64,000 nt of DNA, taken from positions 243,402 to 307,401 of the forward strand of contig NW_003314294.1 in NCBI RefSeq assembly GCF_000143415.4. Reading direction: 5' to 3'. A model generated the notes under the pieces. The model was given only the letters and a program-made list of their open reading frames with translations, had not been told where the DNA came from and ran no database searches. Made by a program: the position numbers and the translations under genes. This DNA comes from Selaginella moellendorffii. Taxonomy: Eukaryota; Plantae; Lycopodiophyta. This document shows positions 13,909-27,399 of the stretch, one piece after another; the stretch's first letter is position 1; each line of letters begins with the position of its first letter.

Positions 13909-16900
13909 CTCTATATTTCATAAATATGCCTCTCTTGCATATATAAACACTTACCATAAATAGCATATAGGACCAAAACAATACTAACATATAAAGCATG
14001 ATAGTGAGGGTGTCTTTATAAATACAGTAATGTATCATATAGCAATATTAAGGACTGGACTCAATATATAACATATATAAGTCAAAGATATATAGCAAAA
14101 GAGAATTAAAAGTCAAACCAAGTATGCTCAATAGAAAACAACACATATGAATTATTACTCTATATTTATCTAGCTAAGTACATATGCTAAACCCAATTAA
14201 CTACCATTTGGACAAAAGGGGCTAATAAAGGAACTAACAGTATCCATTGTGGTAGTAAAGAGAGGGTGTTAACCTGATAAGTACATTTTTAGAAAAAAAT
14301 AAAGTTTTCTTGGATTGAGAGGATTAAGATTAGATACTAGTAGTTTACATAAGTATGATTAAAATTATTACAAATATTGCTACTAAAACCTAACTCCTTT
14401 TGCTACAAGTTTTCAATGGGATCCAGCATAATCTGTGGCATCCTGGATCACAATACTACAGAATAATCTGGACAGAGAAACTCTTGAAGCTTATCACGAG
14501 GTGGCGCAAGTCCATTCTGTCCAGAAGCTACAGTGGTGTGATCGCTGCAAGCTTGCGAGAGGATGGAGGCAAAGATCATCACAGCCTACGCTCACCATGG
14601 CTATGGCATCGAGATGCTGTGGAGCCGAAGTTCCTGTGCATCACGGGGATAGACGAGGCTATGGAGCTGGATCGACAGGACAGTGCTCCACACGTGCTAC
14701 TCTCTCAGGGTGTCACATCATCCAAAGTAAAAAGTGAGGGCAGATCTCTCGATCCCAGCATGCGGGTTGTGCGCACCAACAAACTCGATCCTCAGACGAG
14801 CCACACCAACCATACGGGTAGCTTTCTAAGCCCATCTTCAGTTCTTGCCCTAATTTCTCCATCTCCACCATCTTCATCCTGCGTGGTACCATAGGTGGAA
14901 GTGAGGATGGGAGATGTGTTGAGCCTCCATCCATGGATTTAGTTTGGGAGACATGGGATTGGGGTAGCGAAGAGCCATGGTTGGAGTCTCCCACAGAAAA
15001 CGCACCAAGGTCTCAAGTGCAAACACCATCTCCATGGCCAGCTCCACTTTCAACATAGTGTCCAGCACCATCTCTGGCACCTGCTCCAGCACTGCATTCG
15101 GCACTAGCTCCGGCACTAGTTGTGGCACTGCGTCGAACATTAGCTCTTACACCAGCTCCAGGACAACCAGTGTTGGAGGTATTTCCCATCCCACTCTTGC
15201 CGAATATGAACAATCGAGCAACGAACTTGACGGGATTCTCTCGAAAGTGAGAGCTCACGACGTGGTCTCCTGGGCGGCCTTGATCGTGGCCTACACTCAG
15301 CACAGGAGGAATCGAGCAGCCGGACAAGGTGACTCTTAGCAGCGTTCTGACTCATCAACAAGCTTGTGCTGGATCCATCTCTCGTCATGCCGACTTTCCC
15401 AAACTTGCCGTACATGGTCTCAGAGGCCACGGACACATTGGCTTCCAGGTGAGAGCCTCGAATGCGCTTCTTTCCCACCTCTCGAAAAGCTCCAGCGCTC
15501 GGCCCTCGCAACGTCCAGCCTGCACGTACATGCTCACAAGCGCGTTCTCCGGCCTTCTTCCAGATCCCTCAAGCTGGAGCAAGCGCCAAGGACGCTGGAG
15601 AGAGTAGCGATGTCGGGCTTGATCCCCGCCGAGTCCATGCTCCTAAACATCTCGATCGCCTTGCAGCCAACGCCATCCAGGTCTTCCACGCCCTCCCGCG
15701 AAGAAGCCTCTTCTCCTGGAACTTCATCATCGCGGCATTCGCCAAGAACAGGCACGTCGACGCTGAGGAGGTGATTGCCGAGGAATCCATCGCTGGCGAC
15801 AATGTGGGCGTGGATTCGCCGGTAGGTCTGCCGCATTAGGAGCGCGGCGTAGGTCTGACGCACCTGGAAGGGCGACTGGAATTGATCGTCGTCGAGGGTT
15901 TATAGTGGATATGCTAGGAATATGCTAGTGAAAGTCTTTTATACTTCTTTGATTTGATTTTTTGTATCTTTTGGTACGCTGTAAGAATTCATTGGGATGA
16001 TCAGTCACACAGGAACCAGCCAGCCGCATCCTTCTGCCACTCTCCAATGCATCTAGAATGAAAATCACCAAAGCTTTTGGCTATGGCTCATCTTCTTGAT
16101 TTACATTCTCTGTGGGCATTCCTTGACTAATTTTGTTTAGTCATATTAATGCAACCGAATTGAGGAATCACAACTATTACATTAAGGAATATCGTAGTTG
16201 GATATTCTAAGTATATAACTTCAAATGCTGAAACTATTGGAACGTACACGGAAGGGCATGTTGAATGTTGAATATTGAATGTTGAAATGTTGAATGTTTT
16301 CACGGGCTTTTACGTGTTTTCCATGCTTCCAATCCCGAACCCATGGGGCCCGTCATCTTTACAGGGTCGGCCCGAAGCTAAAACTTTCAGTATATAAGCT
16401 CACTCGTGCAACTGCGAAGCAATCATCCATGGCGAGCAACATGATAGCTTTGATCTTGATCTTGCTGGTGGTGGTAGGGGCAGCACCGTTTGCGATTTCG
16501 CGGCCAGCGGCTCTGGAAGGCGATCGCGCTCTAGAGATCAAGAACATGTTCGAGGGTTGGGCTGCCAAGCACGGCAAGAGTTACAGCAGCGACTGGGAGA
16601 AGGCTCGCAGGCTGATGATCTTCTCCGACACTTTGGCGTACATCGAGAAGCACAACGCGCTGCCCAACACCACCTTCACGCTCGGCCTCAACAAGTTCTC
16701 GGATCTCACAAATGCCGAGTTCCGAGCCAATTACGTCGGCAAATTCAAGCCCCCGCGCTACCAGGATCGCCGCCCGGCCAAGGACGTGGACGTGGACGTG
16801 TCGAGCCTCCCGACGAGCTTGGATTGGAGGCAGGAGGGAGCTGTGACACCGATTAAAGATCAGGGCCAGTGCGGTATGATAAGAACTCGTCGTTTTTTTT

Positions 16901-18520
16901 GTTTTTTTTTTCTAATCTCTCTTCTATTTGGCCTTTGTGGGTGTGGGTGATTCGCATGATCCACAGGGAGCTGCTGGGCTTTCTCGGCGATTGCATCGAT
17001 CGAGAGTGCACACTTTCTGGCGACGAAGGAGCTCGTTTCTCTGTCCGAGCAGCAATTGATAGACTGTGACACGGTAGACCAAGGATGCCAGGGTGGGTTT
17101 CCGGAGGATGCGTTTAAGTTCGTGGTGGAAAACGGTGGTGTCACCACGGAGGAGGCCTATCCATATACGGGATTTGCAGGCAGTTGCAACGCGAACAAGG
17201 TTGGTATACTTCACTAATTATTTCATATTATAGCTGTTTTTTGTTCTTTAAAGAATAAGGTGGTGGAGATCACTGGTTATAAAGACGTCACAAAGGACAG
17301 TGCTGACGCCCTGATGAAAGCAGTCTCCAAAACTCCCGTGACCGTTGGCATCTGCGGCAGCGACCAAAACTTCCAGAATTACAGAAGTGTAAGAAAATCT
17401 CAAATATTATTTCTATTTATTTCTAACTTAATTACATCGTTTTCCAGGGAATTCTTTCTGGTCACTGCAGCAATTCGCGGGATCATGCGGTCTTGGTCAT
17501 TGGATATGGAACCGAAGGTGGGATGCCCTACTGGATCATCAAAAACTCGTGGGGAACTTCCTGGGGGGAGGATGGATTCATGAGAATCAAGAAAAAGGAT
17601 GGAGAAGGGATGTGTGGGATGAACGGACAGTCATCATACCCCACTACTTCGTAAAATAACCACTTTATAATCCAAACTTTATATTAATATATCAATTATA
17701 CACTGCCATCACAATACATTAGCAACTAGTGAAATTTGCTCTTTTGACTATGATATGCAGTAGATCCAGAGCTAGGTATAGCCACAGCATCACGATCTAG
17801 GGAGAGCTGCAGGCTTGCAGCAGCAAACAGTCATGATTGAGAGTTACAGAGCTAGGTGGAGTGGATACACCTACAGGCAAACCAAAGTACAAGTATCTTT
17901 TTATCACTATATATTGGTCATTACATTCATGTGGACTTACGCATATAAAAACCTAAAAAAATTTAAAATATGAGAGAGCTGAAGATGCCAAAACACTTCA
18001 AAGTTTTCTAAATGGAATTTGAAGAAAATATTTTAGGGGGGTGTGATATGTATTTGAGAAGAAAATCACAAATATATTACAAGATTCTTCAATAAGTAGT
18101 TCAAAAGTTTAATTGCAGTATCTTGTTTTGAAATATTCTGTTTATTAAATAGTTTACTGATGCAGTAATGCTTGGTTTGCTTAACAATAGTGCTTACTGT
18201 TTAATAATCTAACTGTAAATTTTAAATACAAGATTAATCTTATTATTTATCAACCATTAGATGTTAAAATAAATGAAACATACTTGGAAGTAATTAGTAA
18301 TGTTTATAAATTATAAACATATTTATAAATTATAAATTCAATATTAATCTAAATGAATAAATTAATTTGAAAATATAATAAAATACACTTGAAAGCTCTG
18401 TAGCAAAGTCAGGCTTATGAGATCCAAATGTACAGCTAGAATATAATATCTGTATAGTGGGACTTTGATAGCTGTTTGATTCACTCTTATATATAAGTTA
18501 GGGTTTTTGGGTTAATATTA

Positions 18521-18565
<45 letters not shown>

Positions 18566-18723
18566 CATGCACTCATATTGGTGGAGTTGAAGGGCAACTT
18601 TAATTATTTTTGCCAAAGTAATAGCCTCCTCATTTTTTGACTATAAAGTAGCAAATGCTTAATATGACATGATTTCCATTAAAAAATTAGACACAGTTGA
18701 TGGGAGTATTTATTATATGGCTC
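13909..18723 (+). repeat. Segmental duplication copy B
   Basis: Near-identical to 5283-10113. Confidence 0.95.
16429..17654 (+). CDS. Papain-like cysteine protease (C1A), copy 2, 4 exons
   Basis: Nearly identical to copy 1 (A>S in the N-terminus, E>K near the C-terminus). Catalytic motifs intact. Confidence 0.95.
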
Positions 18724-20356
18724 ATTCCAATGGAGGTTGACATTACTTCTGCCCGTGTTCAAATCCCTCATATAGTGATAATCTTTGTGTTATAGCAGTT
18801 GACTAGATCAAGAAAGAGTATGTTGATTTCTTTGATTTTGATTTATCATTTGTAGCCAAGATTGCAATACAAAACAGAACCAATATATGGGCCATACTAG
18901 CAAAGGTGTTTGATGGATATGGTAAATTATCATTTAATGATATTGAGAGACTAAAACTCAATATATAAGGGTTCTTGTTACTATCTAGTGCAAGATATAA
19001 TGAGATGGGAACTCTTTATTGGGTTAAATGTGTTTAGCTAATAACATATAGGAATTTTGTCCTTATGTTTATCCAGTTTAAGTACACTTAAAATACTCCA
19101 CTAGCATAAGAGGGACTGATAAAGGGTTTAGTAATACATAAAAGGGACTAGCAATATTGATATTTTGCTGTTGTAATAGTATTTAAAAGGATTTGCTAAT
19201 AAATAACTTTTGATACCTATAGTTATATTCACGACACTCTTCCCCCTCTTAAGGAATATTTATATTCTCATCGATGTATACTTTAGTCTAAACCACCACC
19301 AAAGAAACAACTCCAGAAAAAGTTCATGGTGTGAGAATGCACTAACTTAAATGAGTTATAAGGCAACCTCTTTATTTAAGCTTATTAAAGATAATATGCT
19401 TTTACCTATAAGTGATATAGAGAGAGAAGATAAAGGCCCCAACCTTCATGAGCAAACAATCCAAACCCATCAATAAAGTTTAGGTAGACTACTGTAAATA
19501 GGTAGTTAGAGTTGTTTACATAGTCACACTTTTTTAACAAAATAAAGAACATTGAGACAGAGGTGGATGATATGACTAATCAATAATACTTACCCCATGA
19601 TTAAAAATTTCACTATATAAATGAAGTGCTGAAGCCAGTACTATCCCAAACCCAAAGATCAATAGATGGACAATATCAAAGTCATAGATAAAGATATCTT
19701 AAAAATAATGAATTATTGGTGAATTAATTTTATATTAGAACACAAAAGCATTCCAATTAAGCTATCTAACAAACTAGTATTATAGGAACCACCAAGATTA
19801 TAATAGTGCAAAGTTATAAGATTAATTATCCAACAAAATTCAATAGCAAGTATACCATTGAGTTTTCTTAATGATATACTTGCTATTGAATTTTGTTGAA
19901 AACTCAATAATAAAACTGAACTACTAAAGATTGCAGATAGCATGCTAAGAAAATTATGAAAGGCAACTCAAAGAATATAAAGTATCATTGATAAACAAGT
20001 AAAATATTTATAAATATATCATTTGAAAGAAATAACATTCCAATCTATTGAAACCAACTTTAATAATAATCAATAAGACAAAATAAATATTACAATGGTC
20101 AACAAACACTCAATTATACTAACTATTTGTGATAAATAAAAATCCCTAGGCCCCAAAGAGGAGCCAAAAGGGTGCCACGTGGTAGTGGCTGAAGCAAAAG
20201 CCAAACATGCATAATACGTTTGGATTGAAAGCTCTAACTTGGAGAGTCGAGAGCGGGAGTGAAACTCCCGATGGAGTGCTCAAGGAATGAGCATGAAGCG
20301 AACAATAAAAGAGTCTCTAGAAAAGGGACATAAGAGGACTAACACATGACATGTGG

Positions 20357-20735
20357 TGGAGTCCGAGATGGAGTCTGAGATGGACCTGAGATGGATCTAA
20401 AATGGAGTCCGAGATGAAGTCTGAGATGGAGTTCGAGATGGAGTTCGAGATGGAGTCCGAAATGGACCCGAGATGGAGTTTGAGATAGACCCAAGATGGA
20501 CCCGAGATGGAGTCTAAGATAGACCCCAGATGGAGTCCGAGATGGGGTCCAAGATGGACCGAGATGGACCCAAAATGGAATCTGAGATGGAGTCTGAGAA
20601 GGACCTGAGATGGAGTTTGAGGTCGAGACCGAGACCGAGACTGAGACCGGGATTGGGACCGAGACTAAGGCCGAGGCTAAGACTAAGCCTGAGCCCGAGT
20701 CCGAGTTCGAGTCCGAGTCCGAGTCTGAGTTTGAG
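20357..20735. repeat. 12-bp minisatellite (GGAGTCCGAGAT)n grading into a 6-bp (CCGAGW)n array inside the LTR
   Basis: Seen directly. Confidence 0.9.
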
Positions 20736-21510
20736 GATGAAAGCCTAAAGCATTCATCTCCTAGACCCTGGGGTTTGGTGAGCTCCAAAAGTATAGTAGG
20801 GGGAGGATTCCAGTGGAGCCAGTTTGGCCAAGAAAGGTCAATTTAGCCCAGAAAAGCTGTACCCAGGTGTTGGGTGATGAGATAACCACTGGGAAGTCCA
20901 AGGCTAGAGTGAATATGGACCAATAAGCAGGGTAGTTTGGTGAAGTGTTCAAGAGCCGGCTTTAGTTCCCCCAGGAGATCAAATGGTCGATACTCCCAAT
21001 CCAAGTGTGGGTGGCACTATCTACTTGGATACCTGGCATGGCTCAACAGAACCTCGCTCTAAACCCATGGTTAGAGCACCAAAAGGCGGAAAGTGGGGAG
21101 AGAGTACCTATGAGGCTTGCATAAGGTCACAGTGTTTTGGAATGTTGTCCCAAAGTCCCAAACTGTGAAAAGGAAGAGGAGCAGTCCTCTAGTGCAGTGA
21201 CTAAGGATACGGTCACATGGTGAGGAAGTCCCAAAGGATAGTGGGACTTAGAGGTCGGGCCTACGGGCTTTGTTTCAGTGGCAGTGTTGGCGAACACGGC
21301 CATGGACAGAAAGGGATTTGGTGGGGATTGAAAAGGGGATATTGGGGAAGGTTGTTCCCCACATCTGTGGACATCCTAAGGATGCTGAGGAGTGGATCTG
21401 GGATGACCACTCATGGACGGATGGCCCAATCTTGGAAAGACAAGACTGTGATCCCGGTGGTATTGGACCACCAATGTGGCAAAGGTGATTGGGTATGGCC
21501 TTAATGTAAC

Positions 21511-22185
21511 TGTAGCGCACCTTATCTCTCTCCCCTTAAGCCAACTGGAAAAGGGGCAATTGCTTGATGAGAGAGCCCTTAGTGGCTATTTTATCCCCAT
21601 TTATCTCCCAAGGTTCTAAAGATCCACGGTGACAGTATATCCAAATCTCATCCCATGATCACATGCGCTACACTCACCCCCCCTTTTAGAGATGTCAATG
21701 TCCTCATTGACTATTGACTAACAACCCCTACTGAGCTAAGGGGAACCAGCACCTCCATTTCCGCACTCAATCTACCAATCCTTCCATTGTGTAGACCAGC
21801 TATTCCATATAAGGCAACTAGTCATCCACCCGTACCGCAGTCCCATGGTGGATACCTTCGTCCGTGGATACTCCACACAAGAGGAAGGACGTACGCATGG
21901 ATGCCCAATACGTACGATTTCAAATTTAGGGGTAGGAATATACCTTGCTCAAGGGTATATTATACTTTTAAGTAGCCACTAATCAATGGGAATCGAACCC
22001 GTGCCATTTGCTCCGATACCAACTGTAGCGCACCTTATCTCTCTCCCCTTAAGCCAACTGGAAAAGGGGCAATTGCTTGATAAGAGAGCCCTTAGTGGCT
22101 ATTTTATCCCCATTTATCTCCCAAGGTTCCAAGGATCCATGGTGACAGTATATCCAAATCTCATCCCATGATCACATGCGCTACA
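21511..22185 (-). mobile_element. Intact TRIM, 675 bp: 162-bp LTRs 21511-21672 and 22024-22185
   Basis: LTR termini TGTAGCGCA...TGCGCTACA, 4 mismatches between LTRs, minus-strand PBS TGGTATCGGAGC (~22021-22010), PPT (~21673-21688) and perfect TSD GTAAC (21506-21510 and 22186-22190). Confidence 0.95.
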
Positions 22186-22413
22186 GTAACGAGCTGATAT
22201 GTTGGTGATACCTTTGAGTGTCAGTCATAAGATTAGACACGTGGAGCACTCAGACTAAGTGCAAAGGTTGAGTGGCAGGGATGCCATTCTCGGGGCTAGC
22301 AAGCCCCAAGTCCGGAATAGGACCTATGGAAGTTGTGAGTGAGACCCCTCCAAGTGGTCAGAGGTGTGGTTAAGTGACTAAAGTAGAATGGAAAAAATTA
22401 GTCACTTACAATT

Positions 22414-22792
22414 TGGTATCGGAGCGGTCTCAGATCCGACTCTATTGGTTGACTAGGGGAATCACACCACATATTAATTGACATTTAGCTGGTCCAGTTT
22501 GCTTCCATTGGGCTCGACCCAAGGGGTAGGGTGTCAAGAGAGAGGGGCTCTTAACTTCCATTCACGAGGGCGTGAACTTGCAGGAAAGTGTGGTGGATTG
22601 TAAACAACCAAAGAGAACGACTTGAGGGACGATCCATGGGGTTTAAATATAGAGTGAAAGGGCCCATGAACAAGAATGCACCTCCTTTTCCAATTGGTTA
22701 AAGGTTTTAGGATATTTGGGGTTAAGTGTCCTTGGGTTTAAATAGTATTGGGCTAGACGACCTCCTAGGAAGTCCAAACTCAGAAGCTTACA
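22414..22792 (+). mobile_element. Cassandra-like TRIM: PBS, internal domain, PPT and 194-bp 3' LTR (22599-22792) with a decayed 5S-like domain
   Basis: Colinear with the element at 63136-63569. The LTR contains gttaagtgtccttgggtttaaatagtattgggctagacgacctcctaggaagtcc. Confidence 0.9.
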
Positions 22793-25700
22793 TTATCACA
22801 CTAATTAATTTGAATAGATCCTAGTCAACAACACTAAGGAATTAGAGTTATTGAAGAAAGCATCAGTAACATTTTACCGAATATCTTAAATTCAAGAAAC
22901 CAATCTAAAGTAAACCATAAAGAGTATGTGATAATACAAAAAGCTAAAATGCCACAAAAAATAATAATAAGCCATCACTAAAGATCATCAATTATCCTAT
23001 TAATAGATGATACAAAATCACTGTTGAATAACAACTCACTATCTTGAAGAATGGCAAATTGTCAAACATCAACAATAATTAAATAAAACCTCAAACAAAG
23101 ATAATCAACTATCCTAAATGTCAATCAATTATCATCAATGATTTCTATATGCAAATACCAACTTGAATATTGGAACTAATGAGTGAAATTAACTTCCCCA
23201 ACAATTCCTAATAAATGGAACAATAAGCTTGAAGAAGCATATAGGCAAATTTCACTTAACAATGATCACAAGTTTTATATGAATTAACTTCAATGCCAAA
23301 GAAAACATCAGGGTATAACCCACAATATCCTCCTCAAAACATCCATAAGTGAAACTTTATTGTAGCATACATGCACTACTTAGATTATCATTTTTATCTC
23401 TACATATGCAACGAGACTAATTGCCCAATCTCATTGGATAATACTTGCTGAGATGTATCCTTTGATACCAAATGTAACACACGTGATTTTCACCCTTTAT
23501 CCTATTGTGATTTACCACAGGATAACCATGAAGCAGAACCTAAACCCTCTATATGCCATGTGTCACATACCACGTGCCACATGCCATGTGTCCAATGATA
23601 GTGGAGCAAAAACCAAGTTTCAATGTCTTAGGCCACTAAATGGACGAAGAAAATTCCTAAGCATAGAGCGAAGAAGTAAAGGAAGCAGAGCACAGAATGA
23701 CTCTCAAGCATACAACCCAAAGAGCAAAAGAATAGGAGCATGGAGCAATATAGAAATAGCCCTAGAGCATTCAACATCCCAATATTAAGACCCACACGCA
23801 AAATGGAGTCAAATAGAGTTTGCACTATTTTAGCATACTAGTAGCCTATAGGAATTAGCTAGTATGGAATGGAATTTGGGTATAGGTACCCCATAGAATG
23901 GAACTTGGGTTTAAACCCAAACCAAACACAGAATAAAGACAGGCACACAAGAGAAAGCTAAATTGTGCTTTAAGTTAGTCAACCATGCCTGACTAACATA
24001 CTATCCCTACTAAACATTTGAAACACACCCACCCCCCATCTTCCCTTAAGGAACACACATTTTTGGGCTTTCATCTTTAGCCAGCTTTAGTACCAAGAGT
24101 TAGTCTTTGAGACTAACTTTAAATTTACTAAATATAGAATAATATTACATTGTGAATTTGGAAATAGAAACAATGCTATTGTGTGCAGAATAATCTCTAC
24201 ATTCCATGTATATGCCCAACTAGCAAATCTAAACACTTTCCATAAATAACTAATAGGACTCAACACAAAAGGCATGATAATGAGTGTGTCTTAGTGAACA
24301 TGGTAAACTATTATATAGTGAATATTGAGGGACCAAGCTCAATATCCCTAGAATTCCCAACACTAGTAAGTGTAAGCCAATATATATATTTTTCATACTA
24401 GGCCGAATATGCTCAACAAGAAATATATAGGAGTTCCTACCTTATTTTTATCTGACATATGTATATATATGATGACCAATTTCTCAACTAGCTTGGGTGG
24501 AAACTGATAAAGGGTCTAGCAATACTGACCTCCTGCCATTATGACAATAAGGAAAAATTATCTTAAAGGACTAACTAATAGGTAACTTTTGATACCCACA
24601 ATCATATTCACGACACTCTTCCCCCTGGAGAAGATTGATGTCCTTATTGATGCATACTCTAGTCTAAACCACTACCAAAGAAACAACTTTAGACAAAGTT
24701 TATAGTGTTCACACCTTGTAAGAAATGCATGAATTTAAATGAGTTAAGAAGCAACCTTTCACTCTAACACAAATATGCTATAACTCAGACATTTTCTGGT
24801 CATCACCGACAAGGAAATGACCAACGAAGTTAACCACCTTTACTATTTTGAATGTCATCCAGCTTACAGAAGATCATATGTCACTTTTACCCACAAGTGA
24901 CATAAAGAAAGAAGCTAGAAACTCTAACCTTTCTGAGCAAAGAAACCAAACCCATTGGTAAGTTTTAAATAAACTATTGTAAATAGGCAATTAAAGTTGT
25001 TTACATAGGCACACCCTGGTTAACAAAATAAGGAATATCGAGAGAGAGGTGGTTGATGTGATTAGTCAATAGTATGACTAGAGATTTCATTATACACATG
25101 AAATGTTGAAACTAGTCTATCTATACTAGCCCAACCCAAAGATCAAGAGATGGACAATATTAAAGTCAAAGACAAAGATATCTTAAAGACTTAATTATTA
25201 GTAAATAAATATTATATTAAAATATAAAAGTATTCCAAGTAAGTTATCATCTGATATACCAGTATTAAAGTTTAGGAACCACCAAGATCATCATAATTGG
25301 AAAACATAGGATTCACTATCTAACAAAATTCAATAATAAGTGTACCATCAAGAAAACTCAATGATAACATTTAACTATCAAAGTTTACAGACAACATACC
25401 AAACAACTTATATAAAAGACAACTAAAAGAATTATCAAAATTAACTCAAACAAAAATCAATAAAATGGAATGAATGTTGCAAAGCAAACAAACACTTATT
25501 CATGCTAACCATCACACCAGCTAATTTGAATACATCTCAGTCAACTATACTAAGAAACTCAAGTTTCTTAAGTAAACATTAGTAATATCCTATTGATGTT
25601 TCAAACCCAGAAAACCAAACTAAAACAAACCATAAATAATATGTGGTACTGCAAAAAGTTATAAGCCATCAAAAAGAATAATTAACCGTAGAGATGTATA

Positions 25701-26487
25701 ATTATTATTAAAGAAAGAATCCACCATCCTGAAAAATGACAAATCATTTTATATCAACAATAATCAAGCAAAACAATCAACTATTCTAAATGATAGTTAA
25801 TCATCACTAATTATTGCTAATGATGTAATCTAACACTATAGATTAAACACAACCAAATAATATTAACTAAGATAGAATCGACATGCCAACATAGAAAAAT
25901 TATGCAAACCCACAATATGATCCTCTACAACACCATCCGGTAAACAAGCAAATCACTAATAAATCCAAAGAAAGTATCAAAAGTCCTTGACAAAGTTTAC
26001 AAGTAATCACTAGTTGTAAAGCAACTAATAATCACTCTTCAATTTGCCTTTATAAAGCCCAAACACTAAACTAATGTTATTAAGTTATATATTTGCCCAA
26101 TAAAAAGGTAACACAAGTACAAGGATAACCACAAACTAAATAACCACTTGAATAACTTAAACCGTAATAAACTTATTAATATGTCTAGCCAACAACTTTA
26201 AGCATGCATTGAAGAGGTTAGCTATGCATAATTTACACTCAACTGAAACTAAAATGAAGATTATGAGATGGACTCATATTGGTATACAACCTTCTAATAG
26301 ATAAAGTTATAGTACAAGTACTAACACTTCAACCTCCAACAATTAAGTTGGATATCACCATCCTTTTATCACGATTAAGTCAAGATTAATGAGAGCTCAC
26401 TACTTTTATAAAATCTAACAAAATATAAGGTGCAACTTGCCACCAAGCATATGGATACAGCAAAAAAGCACAAGAGTCACCTTTCTA

Positions 26488-26802
26488 GAAAAGTGCAATA
26501 ATGTTTTATTTCGTTAAAGTGGGACTTTTCATTATCCCACTTATGGTGTGTGGCCACATGCCATTTTTATAACAACAATAAAAAATTGAAGTTTTAACTT
26601 TATAATTTATAAATTAAAAACTTTTCATATGATTTTGTGTTATAATATTGTGAAATATTAAAAAATAAATTAAAAAACTGATAGAAATATTAATAAATAT
26701 TAATTAAGTACTAGAAAATGGCATGTGGACACATGCTAATTAATGTCCCACTTTACTGAATAAGTCCCACTTTAACAAAATAAAGCATAATAACCATTTT
26801 TC
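26488..26802. mobile_element. MITE-like element with imperfect terminal inverted repeats
   Basis: ttttatttcgttaaagtgggactt pairs with aagtcccactttaacaaaataaa, and ccacatgccatttt with aaaatggcatgtgg. AT-rich core. Confidence 0.6.
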
Positions 26803-27399
26803 TTTTCTTACACCAGCTCTAGACTTTATCCAACTTAATTGCCTTAGTCTCAAAAATTAACATCCTTTTCAAGCCACATCATATAAATTACATACTAAGG
26901 TTTAAGCTAATTGAAGTTAACTCCAACCTTTTCACTAATTTCTAATAGCTTTATGGTTTTCGATCAAAATGATCAACAAATCAGCCATTGGAAAAGTCTA
27001 AAAAAATTTGTGGAAAATTTCTATCCAAAAGAAAGAATGACTCTTAGTCTAGAAATACAAATTCTTAAGACTTAACCAACTTCCTCCTACTTACAACTTC
27101 ACACAAGTTCACTTTAATATAAGTTCTCATGACCCAACAACATGCTTAAGCTTCGAACATCCCATATATCTTACATCTGACACTGTCATTTGTAAATGCT
27201 AATGAATATCTAAAACTTGATCACAAAGATCATATTTTTTTATATCTATATTGCAAAAACACTCTTCTTCAATCACCTTCAAAATCCAATGTGAAGACAA
27301 AATACTAACAAAAAATAACATGAAAATCAAGTTTTAAGGAAAAACTCCTTATCACTTGAAATAAAAATATCACTTCCACTAACACAAGTACTAATAATG

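Larger units (their letters stand above)
20128..22410 (+). mobile_element. Large LTR (TG...CTTACA, ~1.6 kb without the nested TRIM) followed by a tRNA-Met PBS
   Basis: Starts TGTGATA and ends GTCACTTACA, then att-TGGTATCGGAGC (22414-22425). Related sequence occurs at 10350-10435 (-) and 2410-2540 (+). Confidence 0.75.
18890..26000 (-). mobile_element. Old non-coding LTR elements in tandem sharing a central LTR (23473-24615); interrupted by the 20128-22792 insertion
   Basis: Minus-strand PPT+LTR start AGGGGGAAGAG-TGTCGTGAATAT at 19247/19236 and again at 24626/24615. Minus-strand PBS TGGTATCAAAG at 23470-23460 abuts the LTR end. The internal regions 19237-20127+22793-23300 and 24616-25900 are homologous. 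Confidence 0.7.

Noticed and set aside
16294-16428. N-terminal extension of papain copy 2
   Set aside because: Created by the 30-bp promoter deletion. It spans the TATA box and precedes the signal peptide.
20339-20846. Ser/Asp- and Glu/Thr-repeat ORFs; CRISPR-like periodicity
   Set aside because: Translations of a 12/6-bp minisatellite inside an LTR; there are no unique spacers.
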